From an uncultured Eubacteriales bacterium (GTDB taxonomy: Bacteria > Bacillota > Clostridia > Christensenellales > UBA1242), in assembly GCA_948806215.1 (NCBI GenBank), contig CAQIDI010000002.1, positions 12,968 to 76,967 of the forward strand: a stretch of DNA of 64,000 bases, given 5' to 3'. Below, piece after piece: positions 16,961 to 26,181 of this stretch. The position numbers and the translations under genes are program-made. Within the stretch, counting starts at the first letter, position 1, and each line of letters opens with the position of its first letter. The notes under the pieces are model-generated. The model saw only the letters and a program-made list of their open reading frames with translations. It ran no database searches and was not told where the DNA came from.

Positions 16961-19900
16961 CTATTCTCCAATTTGAATCTCTATTTGTTCTTCAATAGTA
17001 TAACCTGAAGTATTAAATAAAACAATTTTATATTTTCCTGCAGGTAAACTTAAATATTCTGCTCTTGAATCACCCGGAATTTGCTCTTTAATGTTATAAG
17101 CTTCACCTGATACATGAGTATCATCAACAACATAATAATAGTAAATTGATTGATCTACACCAATAACATCATCTACTAAATAAATTCCTACCCAGAAGGA
17201 TTTAAAGTTATTTGCTGGGCGTGTTGCTGTAATTAAAACATCTTCACCAACAGCATACTGTGTTTTGTTTACAGAAACTGTACCTTTTTCTTCGCTAACA
17301 GGGGCTTCCAAAATTTCGAATACAATTTGTTTCTCAACTGTGTATCCAGAAGTGTTAAATAACACCATTTTATATTCACCCTTAGGTAATTCTTTTAAAT
17401 CTATACGTTCTGAGTTAAATGATTGTTCTTTAATATTATAAGCTGTGCCTGATGTGTGACAAGCGTCAATCACATAATACCAATAAATTGATTTTGCTGT
17501 GTTAAAATCAGTATCACTGGTTAAATATAATCCAACCCACCAAGTGCCCTCAGCTGAACCATTTGGAGCAATTGCTGTAACTAAAATTGATTCATCCTCG
17601 TAGTAACTTGTTTTATTCAATGTTAATCTTTCGAAATCAGCAGGAACAACGCTTAATACTGCATATCTGCGTTCTAATTCTAAACCATCAAATTTAAATA
17701 TTGCAACTGCTTGCGAAGTGCCAGCATCAGTTAAAGTGTTATTTAAATATTCAACTGTAACACCACTTGGCAAATCACCAGTTATAGTTAATGATTGAGC
17801 AGTGCCATTAGCAACAACTTCGCCATCATTAAATTCGATATTTGATAAATCAACCAATCCACTATTTGTTCCACTTGGTAAAACAGTGATATCAATTGAA
17901 TATTTATAGTCGTAACCACTATTTATAAAGTAATATAGAACATAATCGCCAACTGGCAACTCTTCTGATTTATTTGCAATTGTTTCTTGCAAACATATAG
18001 TTCTAATTAATTTATCGTTAAATCTGTTAAAGTAATAATAGAAGTAAGAAATCTCATTGCTTTCAACATTTCCAGGAACTGCACCTTTACGATAGATTCC
18101 TACCCATGCATCCTTTGTTAAAGTTTCGTTTTCACGCGAAATGCTAACAAAAACTTTTTCGCCATAGTTATAAACAGCCTTATTAGTTGCAAATTTAGAA
18201 ACTGTTATTGTTGCTTTTCTGCGTCCAACAACTTCCGATCCTTGCTTAAATGTTGCAACAATATCTTTTGAACCAATTTCTGTTAGTTTTGGATCGGCAT
18301 CATATTCAACTGTAACGCCATTTGGCATTCCAGTTGCTGCAATAGTTTTTTCTGTGCCATCGTAAATATATAATTTGCTTTCAAATTTTACTGAACTTAA
18401 ATCAATTTTATCTTCATATTCGTAAACAGTATCGGCAACAACTGGTGTGGCTTTTTGCCAATTAAATTCGCCAAAATTATAAGAAGTGTTAAACACATTT
18501 AAAAAATCCATATAGGAATTAACATTGCCATTTGCAACGCTGTGAATTTTATTTTCTTCATCAGCATAAGATAAATATTTTAAATAGTCTTTAGCAACAT
18601 AATTAGAATATTGAGTATCAATATATTTATAAACATTATAAGAAGGTTTTGTGTTACGACTAACATCAATTAAACCTGGTCTTAAACTTGCACCAACTTC
18701 GGCTTCGTGATCGTATAACCTATAATAATACCAAGCAACAACCGAATCCAACTGAGTTATTTTATACCAAGTAGCTGCAATAGCACCTGCTTGTTGGTTT
18801 CTATCTAGTTCAGTATCGTTTAACGAAGAAACACCAGATTCTGTTAAATAAACTTTTCTAACTGTGTTGTTATATTTTAATTCAGGTTGATTTAGATACA
18901 TATCTAAAATTTCTAAGTTAGAAAATGTTAGCTTTGTTGAAGTGTTATAATCGTTAGACATTCCAACTTTTCTACCATTTAAAGTATCTTGCAAGAAAAT
19001 TTCTGCTGGAGCTAAACCATATGTGTAGCAATGAGGAGCAATAGCCCAATCATAATCGCCTTCGGCTTTGGTTTTGTTATTTAACCATTCTATCATTGCT
19101 TTTGGAGCATAAGCTTGAACAGCGGTTGCTGGTTTAATTGTGTAACCCGGTTCAGACCAAGCTTGAGTAAATGGAACTGAAACTGTGATATCTTTATGAT
19201 ATTTTTTAGCAGCCAAGTTTGTTAAACGAAGAAGCCTTGAATATTCTTCCATATAAGTTTCAAGTGGTAATTGTTTTTCTGACATACGGTTATAATCTTT
19301 TGCATAGTCAATTTCGTTTTCTACAACAAAGTTACCAATATAACCATTTGCGAAATTATTAGTTGTGTAACGATTGCTTAAAAATTCGATTATTGCAACA
19401 TAATATTCAAAACCATAACTGTTTGAAGAATTAAAGCCCATTAACACAGTTCCCTCGGTTGACCAAGGATAGTATGTTAATTTTCTTGGAAAAATTTCTT
19501 CGTTGGTGTTTTTAGCAGCATATAAAATTGCTGTTACGTGTGCACCCAAGCGATAGTAATCGTTAACTTGTTTATCAAACCAATCAACAACACTTTTTCT
19601 AAAATAATAAGTTTTTCCATTTGAATCAAAAGTTATAAAGTCGCTATCAGGATGAGCAAGCTCAATAGCTTCGCCATTTTCATCAATTATTTCGTTTGGA
19701 TAAACTAATCTTTCAATATCAAAGTTTAAAGTAGCATAAGAACAATTTAAATCTTCAAAATAATTAGCATTTTCGCCAAGTAAACCCTTTTTTGATTTTA
19801 AATCTAATGTTGGGTTATTTTTTACTTGCGCTTCAATTTCTGTAGTATAAATTGGACCTTTTAAAATTGTATCATCTAAAACAACATAATATTTGTTATA

Positions 19901-20275
19901 GATCATATCAAAGTTATCTTTGTATCTATCAATTTCTAAGGTAGCTTCGGTTCCTAATTTATAGTCCCCTACAATAGTACCTTCGCCTATGTTTGAAACC
20001 ACATTTTCCGATAAGCCCTTAATGTTATCGCCTTTAAAATATTCGTAAGCTTTAACACCAATAACTTTGGCTGTTTTGTTTCCAACTTCCGCCTCAGAAC
20101 TATTTAACTTAACAGTTAGCTTTTCAGCACTGGCAGAAATTGTCATTGTTATTGCTTTTTGATCGCCACTAGGCGGATTTTCTGGGTCGACACAACCACA
20201 AGCTAAACCTGTTAAGCACAAACCAAAAGTTAACAACGCGCTAATTAAAATTGTTAATATTTTTTTGCTTTTCAT
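16961..20275 (-). CDS. large surface lipoprotein with a clan GH-A-like TIM-barrel glycoside hydrolase core plus repeated C-terminal beta-sandwich-like modules
   Basis: Start MKSKKIL at 20275 follows AAGGAG (the tracked ORF extends to 20308). Signal peptide ends in GLACGC. Candidate acid/base VENEIDY and nucleophile YLTESG. Two GVTVEY repeats and three roughly 100-aa WVG(I/L)Y modules. Confidence 0.7.
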   Translation of the reverse strand: MKSKKILTILISALLTFGLCLTGLACGCVDPENPPSGDQKAITMTISASAEKLTVKLNSSEAEVGNKTAKVIGVKAYEYFKGDNIKGLSENVVSNIGEGTIVGDYKLGTEATLEIDRYKDNFDMIYNKYYVVLDDTILKGPIYTTEIEAQVKNNPTLDLKSKKGLLGENANYFEDLNCSYATLNFDIERLVYPNEIIDENGEAIELAHPDSDFITFDSNGKTYYFRKSVVDWFDKQVNDYYRLGAHVTAILYAAKNTNEEIFPRKLTYYPWSTEGTVLMGFNSSNSYGFEYYVAIIEFLSNRYTTNNFANGYIGNFVVENEIDYAKDYNRMSEKQLPLETYMEEYSRLLRLTNLAAKKYHKDITVSVPFTQAWSEPGYTIKPATAVQAYAPKAMIEWLNNKTKAEGDYDWAIAPHCYTYGLAPAEIFLQDTLNGRKVGMSNDYNTSTKLTFSNLEILDMYLNQPELKYNNTVRKVYLTESGVSSLNDTELDRNQQAGAIAATWYKITQLDSVVAWYYYRLYDHEAEVGASLRPGLIDVSRNTKPSYNVYKYIDTQYSNYVAKDYLKYLSYADEENKIHSVANGNVNSYMDFLNVFNTSYNFGEFNWQKATPVVADTVYEYEDKIDLSSVKFESKLYIYDGTEKTIAATGMPNGVTVEYDADPKLTEIGSKDIVATFKQGSEVVGRRKATITVSKFATNKAVYNYGEKVFVSISRENETLTKDAWVGIYRKGAVPGNVESNEISYFYYYFNRFNDKLIRTICLQETIANKSEELPVGDYVLYYFINSGYDYKYSIDITVLPSGTNSGLVDLSNIEFNDGEVVANGTAQSLTITGDLPSGVTVEYLNNTLTDAGTSQAVAIFKFDGLELERRYAVLSVVPADFERLTLNKTSYYEDESILVTAIAPNGSAEGTWWVGLYLTSDTDFNTAKSIYWYYVIDACHTSGTAYNIKEQSFNSERIDLKELPKGEYKMVLFNTSGYTVEKQIVFEILEAPVSEEKGTVSVNKTQYAVGEDVLITATRPANNFKSFWVGIYLVDDVIGVDQSIYYYYVVDDTHVSGEAYNIKEQIPGDSRAEYLSLPAGKYKIVLFNTSGYTIEEQIEIQIGE

Positions 20276-20441
20276 AAAAATTTTCTCCTTTAACCTTATT
20301 TTGTTCAAAGCATAATAAAAAAATTTAATTTAATGCCAATAATTTTAACACTAAACTAATATAATTAATTTTTTTGTATCCTAGTCAATTATAATCGCTT
20401 AGTAAAATTTTGTCAAAAAAATAAGCAAAATTGTGGTTCGC

Positions 20442-21377
20442 TTATTTTTTTCTACCTTCCGTTTTAGAAATTACTTTCCCAAAATTCAAATTGAAATTTT
20501 GTTCGCCAACAATGCTTTTTAAAACATATGACGCATAATCTTTATCGTGCAAACTATAGCCATTATTTTTTATTGCCGTATATATTTTTTTAGAAATATC
20601 AACATTTTGGTTGTGCAGTTCGGAAATTTGTTTTTCATTAAATAGCGGGCAATCTAACATATACACCGGGTCTGCAAAATAAAGGCAGTTTTCAAAAATT
20701 TCGGCAAAACTTCCAGTTGCACAATCAAATTTTTCTTGTTCGGTTAACGGTTGTTTTTTGTTTTTTACATAATCTTTAATAAATTCTTCTATATCTAAAT
20801 CCACTAACTTAAATCCGGTTTTAGGACTATATAATATATTTTCTCCATTATTATCAAATTCCCGAATACCAAAATTTGCCATAACCATTATACCATTAAG
20901 CAACTCATCGAAATGTTCTTGCGGTGCCTGATTTAACATTTTTATTGTTTGCAAATTGTAATTAAACACATAATCTGACACATTTAAAAGTTGTTGTTTG
21001 CTTAATTCATTTAAATCACAATTAATATTTAATGCATCTTTACAAATTTGCTCACTATTGTATTTATATAAAGGTCTACCTACAACTCTTTCTTGAAGTT
21101 CGTAATAATCGTTTTCAAAATATTTACACACATAAATTTTAGATGTTGGAACTCCGCTTTGAATTAACAAATTGTTAAAAGCTCTAATCTTATCAAAATT
21201 TCTATAACGCACTCTAAAATACCCTGCGTTACCAGCATTAACTGGCTCTAAGCTTTTTAAAACTGCATAGCCGTTTTTATTTAAATAACAAGCTTTTATT
21301 GTTCCTATTTTGTTTGGTTCTATATTATTTTGTTTTATTCTGTTAATGTAGGCTTGTAAAACACTTTCACTATTCAA
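20442..21377 (-). CDS. protein-kinase-like fold protein (uncharacterised family), paralog 1
   Basis: 311 aa with a TTG start 7 nt after AAGGAG. Motifs are AVLK (beta3 Lys-like), YELQERVVG (hinge-like), DNNGEN (D-x4-N) and VDLD. Paralogous to 29121..30020. Confidence 0.55.
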   Translation of the reverse strand: MNSESVLQAYINRIKQNNIEPNKIGTIKACYLNKNGYAVLKSLEPVNAGNAGYFRVRYRNFDKIRAFNNLLIQSGVPTSKIYVCKYFENDYYELQERVVGRPLYKYNSEQICKDALNINCDLNELSKQQLLNVSDYVFNYNLQTIKMLNQAPQEHFDELLNGIMVMANFGIREFDNNGENILYSPKTGFKLVDLDIEEFIKDYVKNKKQPLTEQEKFDCATGSFAEIFENCLYFADPVYMLDCPLFNEKQISELHNQNVDISKKIYTAIKNNGYSLHDKDYASYVLKSIVGEQNFNLNFGKVISKTEGRKK

Positions 21378-21443
21378 AACTTTTTCTCCTTTGCTTTACT
21401 AAACTAATTTTAACATTTTATTAACTTAGTTGCAATAGTGAAA

Positions 21444-21474
21444 TAAAAAAGTGCTCTAAACAGAACACTTTTTT
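21444..21474 (-). terminator. intrinsic terminator ending the ABC exporter operon transcript
   Basis: Minus strand AAAGTGTTCT-gttt-AGAGCACTTT with one mismatch, then a U-run. A TTGCAA-17-TAAAAT promoter for the kinase-like gene follows. Confidence 0.65.
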
Positions 21475-21633
21475 ACATAATAATATTTCCATTAATTTTC
21501 TTACTATTTAATAAGTAATAAGTTTTTTATTAATAATTAATTTTGCCTATTCAATTAAGTAGGTTGTTTGTTAGCGGGGATAGATTTCGCCACTCAATAC
21601 TTTTTTTGAATGTCAAAAAAGTATTATAAAATT

Positions 21634-23670
21634 TTATACCTTGCTAAATTGGCTATTATATAGATTATAATAGAATCCTTGTTTTTTAAGAAGTTCGGCG
21701 TGAGTACCTTGCTCAATAATGTTTCCTTTGTTCATAACCAGGATTAAATCGGAATTAACAATGGTGCTTAACCTGTGAGCAACCACAAAACTTGTTCGAT
21801 TTTGCATCATAGTATTAAATGCATTTTGAATTAAAGTTTCGGTTCTAGTATCAATATTAGATGTTGCTTCATCTAATATTAAAATTTTTGGTTTTAATAA
21901 CATTATTCTTGCAATACAAATTAACTGTTTTTGGCCTTGCGATAAGTTATCGCCATTTTCGTTAATCATTGCATCATAGCCGTTTTCCATTGTTTGAATA
22001 AAGTCGTGAGCGTGTGCTAGTTTTGATGCTTTTATTATTGCATCCATAGAAGCATTTGGATTTCCGTAAGCAATATTTTCTTTAATGGATGCAGCAAACA
22101 ACCAAGTATCCTGTAACACCATACCATAACTATCACGCAAACTAGCTCTGGTTATATCGGTAATTGGTTCTCCAGAAACCTTAATTGTTCCACTGTTAAC
22201 ATCGTAAAAACGCATTAACAAATTAATCATTGTGCTTTTGCCACAGCCTGTAGGCCCAACAATTGCAACCTTCCAACCATTTTCAACCCTTAAGTTTAAG
22301 CCTTCAATAAGTTTTTTGTTTGGAGTGTAGCTAAAGCTAACATCGTTCATTTCAACTGTGCCATCACAATTTTCTAACACTTTATTATCTGCATCACTAA
22401 CTTCATCATCAATACTTAAAACATTAAACACCCTGCGTGCAGCAGTATAAGCCGCTTGAACATCGGTAAAAATTGAAGAAAGTTCATCGAATGGTTGAAC
22501 ATATTTATTTGCATATTGAAGAATAACAGAAACCGAACCTATTGAAATACCACCAGAAATTGCAGTAATAGTTCCCATAATAGCAACAATACCATAAATA
22601 ACGCCATTAATAAATCTAGCAACCGGACCTGATAATGCAGAATAGAAATTTAGTTTTTCTGATACTGCACCAACTTCGTGGTTTATTTTATCAAATTTTT
22701 CTAATGCTTCATCTTCATAACTAAAAGCTTTTAAAACTTTTTCGTTACCAAGCATTTCAACAATATTTCCAGATAGGTCTCCGTTTAGTTTTGCATTTCT
22801 TCTAAAGAACTTATCGGATTTAATTGTTATATATGCAGTTGCTGCAATAGATATTGGAGTTAATGCTATAATAGCTGCCGAAATTGGCACATTAATTGTG
22901 AACAAGATATAAATTAATAGCACTATTGTTGCAAAACAATCAATAAACGAAGTTAAACCTTCTAAAAACCCATCGGTTATATCTTCAACATCGTTAATCA
23001 TACGGCTTTGCAAATCGCCTTGTGAACTACCATCTATATATTTTAGCGGAACAGTGTTAAACTTTTTAAACAATGCTTCGCGTATCGAGCGAGATGTTTT
23101 ATAACCAACAATGCTTTCTGTGAAGTTTGTTAACCACCTAGTAACTGCATATCCAGTTGCGGTTATTGCCAACCAAACTAATATTGTTGATAACCTTGAA
23201 AAATCTACATCTCCAACTCCCACTATGCAATCGATTGCCTTACCAGAAAGAATTGGCACAAATAATTCTAATGCAGAAGTTATAAGCGACAAAATAACCG
23301 AGGCCACCATCCAATACCAATGCTTCCCAACAAATTTGAAAAATCTTAGTAGGATTTTTTGTTTCTTTTTATCAGGTCTATGCAATCTTTCTAATTTAGT
23401 ACCCTGAGTTAAAATTGGTGTAGGGTCAATAATTTTGTTGCGTTGCATATTTTTTTCTTCGTTAGTAGCAGTATCAAGTTTATAAAGCGATGCTGGTGCA
23501 ACCTTTTCTACTATTGGTGTTGGTTGCACTTTATCTGGATTATTAAAACTTGGTGGTGGAAGATCTTTTAATTGCTTTTGTAAATCTCTAAACTCTTTTT
23601 GAGTCATATGAGCAGGTTTTACTTTTGCTTTAGACTTTACTTCCTTTTCCTTTATATTCTTTTTATCCAT
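21634..23670 (-). CDS. ABC exporter subunit (fused permease-ATPase) with a roughly 100-aa Lys/Pro-rich N-terminal extension
   Basis: 678 aa with a 6-TM exporter domain, Walker A GPTGCGKST, signature LSQGQKQ and Walker B ILILDEATS. Confidence 0.9.
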   Translation of the reverse strand: MDKKNIKEKEVKSKAKVKPAHMTQKEFRDLQKQLKDLPPPSFNNPDKVQPTPIVEKVAPASLYKLDTATNEEKNMQRNKIIDPTPILTQGTKLERLHRPDKKKQKILLRFFKFVGKHWYWMVASVILSLITSALELFVPILSGKAIDCIVGVGDVDFSRLSTILVWLAITATGYAVTRWLTNFTESIVGYKTSRSIREALFKKFNTVPLKYIDGSSQGDLQSRMINDVEDITDGFLEGLTSFIDCFATIVLLIYILFTINVPISAAIIALTPISIAATAYITIKSDKFFRRNAKLNGDLSGNIVEMLGNEKVLKAFSYEDEALEKFDKINHEVGAVSEKLNFYSALSGPVARFINGVIYGIVAIMGTITAISGGISIGSVSVILQYANKYVQPFDELSSIFTDVQAAYTAARRVFNVLSIDDEVSDADNKVLENCDGTVEMNDVSFSYTPNKKLIEGLNLRVENGWKVAIVGPTGCGKSTMINLLMRFYDVNSGTIKVSGEPITDITRASLRDSYGMVLQDTWLFAASIKENIAYGNPNASMDAIIKASKLAHAHDFIQTMENGYDAMINENGDNLSQGQKQLICIARIMLLKPKILILDEATSNIDTRTETLIQNAFNTMMQNRTSFVVAHRLSTIVNSDLILVMNKGNIIEQGTHAELLKKQGFYYNLYNSQFSKV

Positions 23671-23678
23671 TTTATCCC

Positions 23679-25403
23679 CTACTTTGTTTGTGAATCGTTA
23701 ATTTCTTTATAAACATCACAGTTTTGCATAAGTTCGCTATGCTTACCAATACCAACAACATTGCCTTTATCAAGCACAACAATTTGATCTGCATTTTTAA
23801 CTGAGTTAACACGCTGTGAAACAATAAACACTGTCATATCTTTAGTATCGTTTTTTATTGCCGACCTAAGTGCCGCATCGGTTGCAAAGTCTAACGCACT
23901 AGCACTATCGTCTAAAATTAAAAATTCAGGATTTCCAACTAACGCACGAGCAATTGTTAAACGCTGGCGTTGTCCACCAGAAAAGTTTTTTCCGCCGGCT
24001 TGAACTTTAAAATCAAGTTTACCATCTAATTCGTTAACAAATTCTTCCGCCTGTGCTGTTTTAATTGCTTTAAAAATTTCTTCGTCTGATGCATCTTCTT
24101 TTTTGAAGCACATATTTTCGCGAAGCGAACCACTAAACAAAACTGCTCGTTGTGGCACAACTCCAATAATTTCACGAAGTTGAATTAAATCTAAATCGGT
24201 AATATCTTTTCCATAAATTTTAACTTTGCCTTTTGTTGCATCGTAAAATCTTGGAATTAAGGAAACAACTGTTGTTTTTCCGCTACCAGTTCCACCAATA
24301 ACTCCAATGGTTTGCCCACGCTTAACTTTTAAACTTAAATTGTTTAATGCGTTTTTGCTTGCCCCCTGATAACCAAACGATACATTTTTAAACTCAACTG
24401 CAAACTCGCTTTTTCTATCGTCTTCATTAAACAGATATGCATTTTCTGGGCTTAGTATTGATGGTTTAGTATTAAATACTTCGGTTATTCTGTTGTTACA
24501 GTTAACCGCTTTAATTAACGAAATAATAATATTGGCAAGAGTAACAAGCGATGCTCCAATTTGTTTTAGATAGTTAATAAACGCTGTTATATTACCAACA
24601 GTTAAAGTTCCTAGGTTAACATCGATTGCACCAAACCATAATATCGCAACAATTGCAAAGTTTAAAACAATACTGGTTATCGGATTTAAAATTGTTGAAA
24701 CAATAGAAACATTAACACTAGAATTCATAAGTTGTTTTGTTACAACACTAAATCGATTTTCTTCATATTCTTGTTTGTTAAATGCTCTAATAACACGAGA
24801 ACCTTGCAAGTTTTCACGAGTAACATCGGAAACTTTATCTAGGTTTTTTTGTGTTCTATCGTAAAGCGGAATTGTTGCTTTTAACAAAAACCAAACAATA
24901 ACAAATATAACTGGTGCAACAACTAAGAAAACTAAACTTAATTTTAAGTTGATTGAAAGTGCCATAATTAATGCACCCACAAGCAAAAATGGCACGCGAG
25001 TAACATTACGGAACACTTGTGAAACAGCTTGACGAATACGCGAAACATCGTGTGTTAAACGGTTATTAAGCGATGCTGTTGAAAACTTATCAATTTCGGC
25101 GTGCGAAAATGTGGTTATGTGTTTAAATAAGTCGGTACGAAATTTAACCGCAACTCCGCTAGAAGCTTTTGCAGCCATTTTTTGACATACAACCGCCGAT
25201 AAAATTCCAACAACATTTAGCCCTAAAACTATTGCTCCATAAATATAAATATGGTTTGCGTCTCTATTTGCAACCCCCACATCAATCATTGATGCAACAA
25301 GTAACGGAATAATTAACTCCGTTATGGTTTCAATAAGTTTTGCAAGTGGTGCAATAATAGTTTCTTTTAAATAATCTTTCAAGTATCCCTTTAATCTTTT
25401 CAT
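23679..25403 (-). CDS. ABC exporter subunit (fused permease-ATPase), partner of 21634..23670
   Basis: 574 aa with GGTGSGKTT, FSGGQRQR and LILDDSASALD. The Walker B ending DD instead of DE suggests a degenerate site, as in heterodimeric exporters. Confidence 0.9.
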   Translation of the reverse strand: MKRLKGYLKDYLKETIIAPLAKLIETITELIIPLLVASMIDVGVANRDANHIYIYGAIVLGLNVVGILSAVVCQKMAAKASSGVAVKFRTDLFKHITTFSHAEIDKFSTASLNNRLTHDVSRIRQAVSQVFRNVTRVPFLLVGALIMALSINLKLSLVFLVVAPVIFVIVWFLLKATIPLYDRTQKNLDKVSDVTRENLQGSRVIRAFNKQEYEENRFSVVTKQLMNSSVNVSIVSTILNPITSIVLNFAIVAILWFGAIDVNLGTLTVGNITAFINYLKQIGASLVTLANIIISLIKAVNCNNRITEVFNTKPSILSPENAYLFNEDDRKSEFAVEFKNVSFGYQGASKNALNNLSLKVKRGQTIGVIGGTGSGKTTVVSLIPRFYDATKGKVKIYGKDITDLDLIQLREIIGVVPQRAVLFSGSLRENMCFKKEDASDEEIFKAIKTAQAEEFVNELDGKLDFKVQAGGKNFSGGQRQRLTIARALVGNPEFLILDDSASALDFATDAALRSAIKNDTKDMTVFIVSQRVNSVKNADQIVVLDKGNVVGIGKHSELMQNCDVYKEINDSQTK

Positions 25404-25560
25404 ATTAATCCTAAGTAATAAAAAATTTTACAATAAAATAATAACAACATTTATTTTTTTTTCAAAACGATTTTTGATTTTAATTATATTATAAGATATA
25501 TTATTAATAAATAATAATTATATATTTATTATATAAAAAATTTAAAATTGTATCAAAAAA

Positions 25561-25584
25561 CAAAAAAAGCACCATTAGGTGCTT
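25561..25584 (-). terminator. intrinsic terminator after the 77-aa membrane protein gene
   Basis: AAGCACC-taat-GGTGCTT, then a U7 run on the minus strand. Confidence 0.75.
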
Positions 25585-25595
25585 CTTTGTTGGTA

Positions 25596-25829
25596 TTAGT
25601 CAATCCAAAGAACTTTATTAGCTAGAAGAATTGTGATCATATCAACTAACCAGAAAATAGCTGGACAAACAAATAACATGATGATTGCTAAAACAATACC
25701 AAGAACATTGTTTTTGTTTAAGCTTCTGCATAAACGATAAACAGCCCAAACGATATCCAAAACTGGTAATGCAAGAATGAATTTAACAATTTTTGGAAGT
25801 CCATCAAATGCTTTTACTATTCCTTTCAT
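25596..25829 (-). CDS. small two-TM membrane protein
   Basis: 77-aa ORF with two hydrophobic helices, an SD-like AAGGAGTAGGG upstream, and its own terminator. Confidence 0.6.
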   Translation of the reverse strand: MKGIVKAFDGLPKIVKFILALPVLDIVWAVYRLCRSLNKNNVLGIVLAIIMLFVCPAIFWLVDMITILLANKVLWID

Positions 25830-26155
25830 AGCCCTACTCCTTATATTTTTTAATTCTTTTGTAATATATTCATTACATTATTAGTTTAGTCCAGTTGAAT
25901 ATAATTTGTCAACCTATGTCCTACATTTTATTTAACATTTAGTCAAAATAATTTATAAATTTTAAATTCTTAAATTTTAAAAATTTATTAAAATAAAACA
26001 AGAACCATAACCAACTATTTTATCGTTAAGTTATATCAAAATTAGTATATGATATTTGTTTTTAAAATATTATAAAAATAGTTATAAACTAAAAATTGTT
26101 AACAAATTTTTTTTAATTTTAAAATAAAAACTAAAACCTGTTTTTTGCAAAAGCT

Positions 26156-26181
26156 TTAAAAAAGTGGCGTTTGCCACTTTT
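26156..26181 (-). terminator. intrinsic terminator after asnS
   Basis: AAGTGGC-aaac-GCCACTT, then a U-run on the minus strand. Confidence 0.8.

Noticed and set aside
21475-21633. An 11-bp AT-rich hairpin (21596-21625) and a GC-richer patch (TAGCGGGGATAGATTTCGCCACTC) between the ABC operon stop and the terminator at 21444-21474. This is a possible sRNA or structured 3' UTR.
   Set aside because: The hairpin lacks a trailing U-tract on the coding strand, no promoter is evident, and I could not fold a convincing conserved structure. It is most simply a long 3' UTR.
25400-25450. A 16-codon hydrophobic uORF (MLLLFYCKIFYYLGLI) on the minus strand. Its TGA overlaps the ATG of the ABC exporter gene 23679..25403 (ATATGA).
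   Set aside because: No SD precedes its ATG (upstream is GAAAAAAAAATAA), and no alternative structure or terminator is visible. The overlap is intriguing given leader-peptide control of some multidrug ABC exporters, but the support is insufficient.
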